Shown piece after piece: positions 63,866 to 64,000 of a stretch of 64,000 nucleotides of DNA. This stretch comes from Pirellulales bacterium. GTDB taxonomy: Bacteria > Planctomycetota > Planctomycetia > Pirellulales > JAEUIK01. Below the pieces are notes generated by a model, which was given only the letters and a program-made list of their open reading frames with translations, made no database searches and was not told the origin of the DNA. The first letter of the stretch is position 1; every line of letters begins with the position of its first letter. Location: assembly GCA_019694435.1 (NCBI GenBank), contig JAIBBZ010000001.1, forward strand, positions 461,508-525,507. Direction: 5' to 3'. The translations under genes were made by a program, and so were the position numbers.

Positions 63866-64000
63866 ATGAACGCCGACGCGCTTTGGGTACGCATCGTGTG
63901 CGTTGCCGCGGCCGGCGCGGTGGGGGCCCTGGCCCGGTGGGGCGTCTCGCGCGGCAGCCACCTGCTCTTGGGCAGCGCCTGGCCCTACGGCACGCTGGCC
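63866..64000 (+). CDS. crcB: Fluoride channel CrcB/FluC, N-terminal fragment (runs off the window)
   Basis: ATG 63866 follows GGAAGGA. MNADALWVRIVCVAAAGAVGALARWGVS...WPYGTLA matches the CrcB pattern (GGxxGAxxRY ... FPxGTL). Confidence 0.7.
   Translation, partial: MNADALWVRIVCVAAAGAVGALARWGVSRGSHLLLGSAWPYGTLA

Overview
GC-rich, almost fully coding chromosomal segment. I call 41 CDS on both strands (two cut by the window edges). I saw no rRNA, tRNA, CRISPR array, transposase, integrase or phage genes. Several features suggest a Planctomycetota-like genome (inference only): a PSCyt1-DUF1549-DUF1553 plus DUF1501 gene pair, a PEP-CTERM protein, a giant multi-module secretin, and many signal-peptide or TAT hypotheticals. 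Housekeeping anchors are ilvD, rlmI, lhr, rdgB, gyrB, dnaN, dnaA, a NifS/IscS-type desulfurase, scpB, hemA, argH, carB and crcB. The minus-strand run dnaA-dnaN-DUF721(dciA-like)-gyrB marks the replication-origin neighbourhood. I found no classical accessory island or recognisable defence system. The items most worth a second look are: (1) an orphan operon of a 1223-aa secretin with about eight tandem N-modules and a Pro-rich tail, followed by a lipoprotein, with no secretion ATPase, pilin or platform genes in the window; (2) a membrane-embedded MutS-family ATPase followed by a 286-aa mini-secretin; (3) ScpB with an 88-residue, about 86% Asp/Glu tail punctuated by Trp; (4) a DnaA with no room for domain I, next to a dciA-like gene and a candidate oriC in the dnaA-dnaN spacer; (5) a fused double U32 (UbiU/UbiV- or TrhP-like) protein translationally coupled to rdgB; (6) an exported HEAT plus receiver-like protein whose start overlaps the argH stop. 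All family calls come from motifs read by eye in the supplied translations. No database search was possible.
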